The notes beneath the pieces are model-generated. The model was not told the DNA's origin. It searched no databases and worked only from the letters and a program-made list of their open reading frames with translations. DNA of 64,000 nt from an uncultured Acidobacteriota bacterium (GTDB taxonomy: Bacteria > Acidobacteriota > Thermoanaerobaculia > UBA5066 > DATFVB01), in contig CAWEYG010000001.1 in NCBI GenBank assembly GCA_963813155.1, forward strand, positions 64,001 to 128,000. Direction: 5' to 3'. Below, in pieces: positions 60,897 to 64,000 of the stretch. Numbering within the stretch: position 1 is the stretch's first letter; the number at the start of each line of letters is the position of its first letter. The position numbers and the translations under genes are program-made.

Positions 60897-62552
60897 ATGG
60901 CGAGAAAACTCGATCGGCGATCGCTTCTTCGGTATGGCGCTCTGGGAGGCGCGCTCGCCGCCGTGGCTCCGGCGCTGTCGCGCGCCGAACGCCCGGGAAC
61001 GGCCGCGGAGAGTCCGGCTCCCCCGTTCGAGCTCGAAGAGGCGACGATCGACGAGCTTCAGAGACGGATGCAGGCCGGCCAGTCCTCGGCTCGATCGATC
61101 GCCCAGGATTACCTGACGCGCATCGATTCCCTCGACCGGCGGGGCCCTTCCCTTCGCTCCGTTCTGGAGATGAACCCGGAAGCCGTCTCGATCGCCGAAT
61201 CTCTCGACGCGGAGCGAAAGGCGGGGAACGTTCGCGGCCCCCTGCACGGAATCCCGATTCTCCTGAAAGACAACGTCGCGACGGCCGATCAGATGTCGAG
61301 CGCGGCCGGTTCGCTCGCGCTCGACGGCGTTCGCGCCCCGCGCGACTCCTTCGTCGCGAGACGCCTCCGCGAGGCCGGCGCCGTCCTCCTGGGAAAGACG
61401 AACCTGTCGGAATGGGCGAACTTCCGTTCGACGCACTCCTCGAGCGGTTGGAGCGGCCGGGGAGGCCAGTGCCTCAACCCGTACGCGCTCGACCGGACGC
61501 CCTCGGGCTCCAGCTCCGGTTCGGGAGCGGCCATCGCGGCGAACCTCGCGGCCGCCGCGGTCGGCACCGAAACGGACGGCTCGATCGTTTCTCCCTCGAA
61601 CAACAACGCTCTCGTCGGCGTGAAACCGACGGTCGGTCTTCTCTCCCGAGCGGGGATCGTCCCGATCTCCCACAGCCAGGACACTCCGGGGCCCATGTGC
61701 CGAACCGTCCGGGATGCCGCAATTCTCCTGACGGCCCTTGCCGGCATCGATCCCGACGATTCCGCCACGGCTCAAAGCGCCGGAAAATCCATTCCGGACT
61801 ATGCGGCCGGCCTCGACGAGAACGGGCTGAAGGGCGCGCGAATCGGGATCGCCCGGAAATCGCTGTACGGCTACAGCCCCGCGGCGGACCGGCTCGCGGA
61901 AGCGGCGATCGACGTCCTCAAGGGCCTCGGCGCAGTCGTCGTGGACCCCGCGGACATCGAGACGGTCGACGACTTCGGGAAGAGCGAGTTCGAGGTCCTC
62001 CTCTACGAGTTCAAGGCGGACCTGAACGCCTACCTCGCCGCCCTCGGATCCGGCGCGCCGGTCCATTCGTTGAAGGAGGTCATCGCGTTCAACGAGAAGA
62101 ATCGGGCCCGGGAGATGCCGTTCTTCGGCCAGGAAATCTTCGAGAAGGCGGAGGCGAAAGGGCCCCTGACCGACAAGGCCTATCGAAAGGCGCTCGAAAG
62201 CGACACGAAGGGCGCGCGGCAGAAAGGCATCGACGCGGTGATGGACAAGCATCGCCTCGACGCGCTCGTCGCGCCCACGGGCGCCCCCGCTTCCCTCATC
62301 GACCTCGTGAACGGAGACTACGGCTCCGGGGGGAGCTCGACGGTCCCGGCCGTCGCGGGGTACCCGCACGTGACCGTTCCGATGGGCTTCGCGTACGGCC
62401 TGCCGGTCGGGCTCTCGTTCTTCGGAAGAGCGTGGAGCGAAGCGAAGCTCCTGAAATTCGCCTACGCCTTCGAGCAGGCCACGAAACACCGGAAGCCTCC
62501 GAAGTTCTTGACGACAGCGGACCTGACACTGGTCTCGAAAGGAGTCTCATGA
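60897..62552 (+). CDS. Tat-exported amidase (amidase signature family)
   Basis: DRRSLL Tat motif; GKTNLSEWANFR, GSSSGS and GTETDGSI. Confidence 0.92.
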   Translation: MARKLDRRSLLRYGALGGALAAVAPALSRAERPGTAAESPAPPFELEEATIDELQRRMQAGQSSARSIAQDYLTRIDSLDRRGPSLRSVLEMNPEAVSIAESLDAERKAGNVRGPLHGIPILLKDNVATADQMSSAAGSLALDGVRAPRDSFVARRLREAGAVLLGKTNLSEWANFRSTHSSSGWSGRGGQCLNPYALDRTPSGSSSGSGAAIAANLAAAAVGTETDGSIVSPSNNNALVGVKPTVGLLSRAGIVPISHSQDTPGPMCRTVRDAAILLTALAGIDPDDSATAQSAGKSIPDYAAGLDENGLKGARIGIARKSLYGYSPAADRLAEAAIDVLKGLGAVVVDPADIETVDDFGKSEFEVLLYEFKADLNAYLAALGSGAPVHSLKEVIAFNEKNRAREMPFFGQEIFEKAEAKGPLTDKAYRKALESDTKGARQKGIDAVMDKHRLDALVAPTGAPASLIDLVNGDYGSGGSSTVPAVAGYPHVTVPMGFAYGLPVGLSFFGRAWSEAKLLKFAYAFEQATKHRKPPKFLTTADLTLVSKGVS

Positions 62553-63034
62553 ACACCCGCGAGTACTACGCCCAATGCTTCAAGGCGGAGAAGCCGAAAT
62601 TCCTCCGCGTTCTCCAGGCCATTCCGCCGGACAAAGCCTCCTACCGCCCCCATCCGAAGAACAACGGCGCCGGCGACATCGCGTGGCTGCTCGCGAGCGA
62701 GCTCGCGGACGCCTGCGAGGTCGTCGACCATGGCCAGGTCGACTTCGTCCTGAAGCCGACTCCCGCGACGGTCGCCGAATCGGTCGCGGCCTTCGAGAAA
62801 AACGCGAACGAGCTCGAACGCCGCCTCCCGAAACTCGACGACGCCGCCTGGGAAAAGAAGGCGAAATTCCTCGTGGACGGAAACGTCGCGTGGGAAACGA
62901 CGCTCGGAGACATGCTGTTCGGATTTCTCTTCGACGCGATCCACCACCGCGGCCAGCTCTCGGCGTACCTGAGGCCGATGGGCGCGAAGGTGCCCTCGAT
63001 CTACGGGCCGTCCGCCGACGACCCGGGGGCGTGA
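62549..63034 (+). CDS. DinB family protein
   Basis: YRPHPK and HHRGQLSAYLR..G.KVPSIYGPS. Confidence 0.88.
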   Translation: MNTREYYAQCFKAEKPKFLRVLQAIPPDKASYRPHPKNNGAGDIAWLLASELADACEVVDHGQVDFVLKPTPATVAESVAAFEKNANELERRLPKLDDAAWEKKAKFLVDGNVAWETTLGDMLFGFLFDAIHHRGQLSAYLRPMGAKVPSIYGPSADDPGA

Positions 63035-63041
63035 TCGCGCC

Positions 63042-63479
63042 CTAGTTGTTCGAGATATTCGACTTCGACTTGACGATCGCCACGCTGACCGGCTGCGCGC
63101 CGTCGGAGTCGAATGAGATGTTCTCCGACGTCCGGCCGCTCCACTCCCGCGTGATCCGTCCTCCTGCCGTGCCGGTCACGGTGACGGTACACGCCTCGCC
63201 GGCTTTGGCGTCGCGAGGCGTGAGCGTAATCGTGTACGAGCCCTTTTCGATTTTGCCGAAATCGGCCTTTCCCTTGTCGTCGGTGGTGCGCGTGTCGGCA
63301 GTCGTGCGCGCGGCGGCCCCTCCGCCGGAGCCTTTTCCGAGCTTCACGTCCACTCCCTTGAGCGGCGCGCCGGCAAAGGCAACGGAAGCAGCCAGTGCCG
63401 TGACGCCGACGGCGAACCTCGCCAGATTTCCGAACGAATTCTTCCCCGGGAGACTCGTCATCCTCATCGCGTTCCTCAT
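63042..63479 (-). CDS. Small secreted hypothetical protein
   Basis: AGAGGAG RBS, signal peptide ending AFA, carboxypeptidase-regulatory-like beta pattern, C-terminus KSKSNISNN. Confidence 0.75.
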   Translation of the reverse strand: MRNAMRMTSLPGKNSFGNLARFAVGVTALAASVAFAGAPLKGVDVKLGKGSGGGAAARTTADTRTTDDKGKADFGKIEKGSYTITLTPRDAKAGEACTVTVTGTAGGRITREWSGRTSENISFDSDGAQPVSVAIVKSKSNISNN

Positions 63480-63676
63480 GTCACTCCTCTCTGGAATCGC
63501 ATGAACAATAACTCCCGCTAGCGCGCGGATCAACAACGCGCGGGAGAAACCGCGACGTCTACGAGCTGTGGCCGTCAGCATTTGCGGCGAGTCGCTCAAC
63601 TCTGGATTTTACCCGAGCGGTCTCGCGTCGCGCCCCGATCTGGCCGAGCTTTTGCTGTAAGGTGAACAGGGAAAAC

Positions 63677-64000
63677 ATGCCTTTTTCGAGACGCGCGAAA
63701 CTCTGGAGCCACCTGGGGAAGGAACAGCCGATCCGGGCGGAGCTGTACGGACGCGAGCGTCTGGACGCCGAAGCGGCTCGACTGGCGTCCGCCCACCTCG
63801 GCAGCCTTCGGGCGGGGGGGAGAGGCCCGATGCGGGGCCGCCTCGAGGAGAACGACCGCCAGCTCCGGATGATTCACGCGTCGATCGTCGCGGGGGCCAA
63901 GCGCGGCGAGACCATCTCTCCGGCTGCCGAATGGTTCCTCGACAATTTCCATCTCGTCCTCGACCAGGTCCGCGAAGTCCGTCAGGACTTTCCCGCGCAC
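63677..64000 (+). CDS. Cyclic beta-1,2-glucan synthase (NdvB/Cgs-like), N-terminal part, runs off the window
   Basis: Manual translation: PIRAELY..ERL...A..LA..H and ISPAAEWFLDNFHLV.DQVREVRQDFP. Confidence 0.82.
   Translation, partial: MPFSRRAKLWSHLGKEQPIRAELYGRERLDAEAARLASAHLGSLRAGGRGPMRGRLEENDRQLRMIHASIVAGAKRGETISPAAEWFLDNFHLVLDQVREVRQDFPAH

Overview
High-GC bacterial chromosome segment, probably from an Acidobacteriota (Thermoanaerobaculia-like) genome; this is inferred from gene content, not from a marker gene. It is mostly housekeeping: cdaR'-glmM, ligA, smc, tRNA-Thr(CGU), recO-glyQ-glyS-ppdK-mutL, cstA, arfB, htrA, rimP-nusA-infB-DUF503-rbfA-truB-rpsO-pnp, msrA, cysK and the start of a cyclic beta-1,2-glucan synthase. 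Signalling genes are dense: four sigma54 activator-family proteins, three histidine kinases, an ECF sigma/anti-sigma operon and a REC-PilZ protein. About ten single-base indels break seven genes, including essential glmM and infB, which points to long-read consensus errors. No integrase, transposase, prophage or CRISPR array was seen. Main observations: (1) two copies of a ~118-nt rod-like structured intergenic element with compensatory base changes; (2) a perfect 26-bp palindrome over the glyQ start; (3) an operon with two apparently dead enzymes (M1 peptidase, SDR), a membrane protein and REC-PilZ; (4) four sigma54 promoters suggesting a stress/envelope regulon; (5) two paralogs of an uncharacterised secreted protein family; (6) an orphan KS/CLF/thioesterase trio; (7) widespread leaderless-type gene starts.
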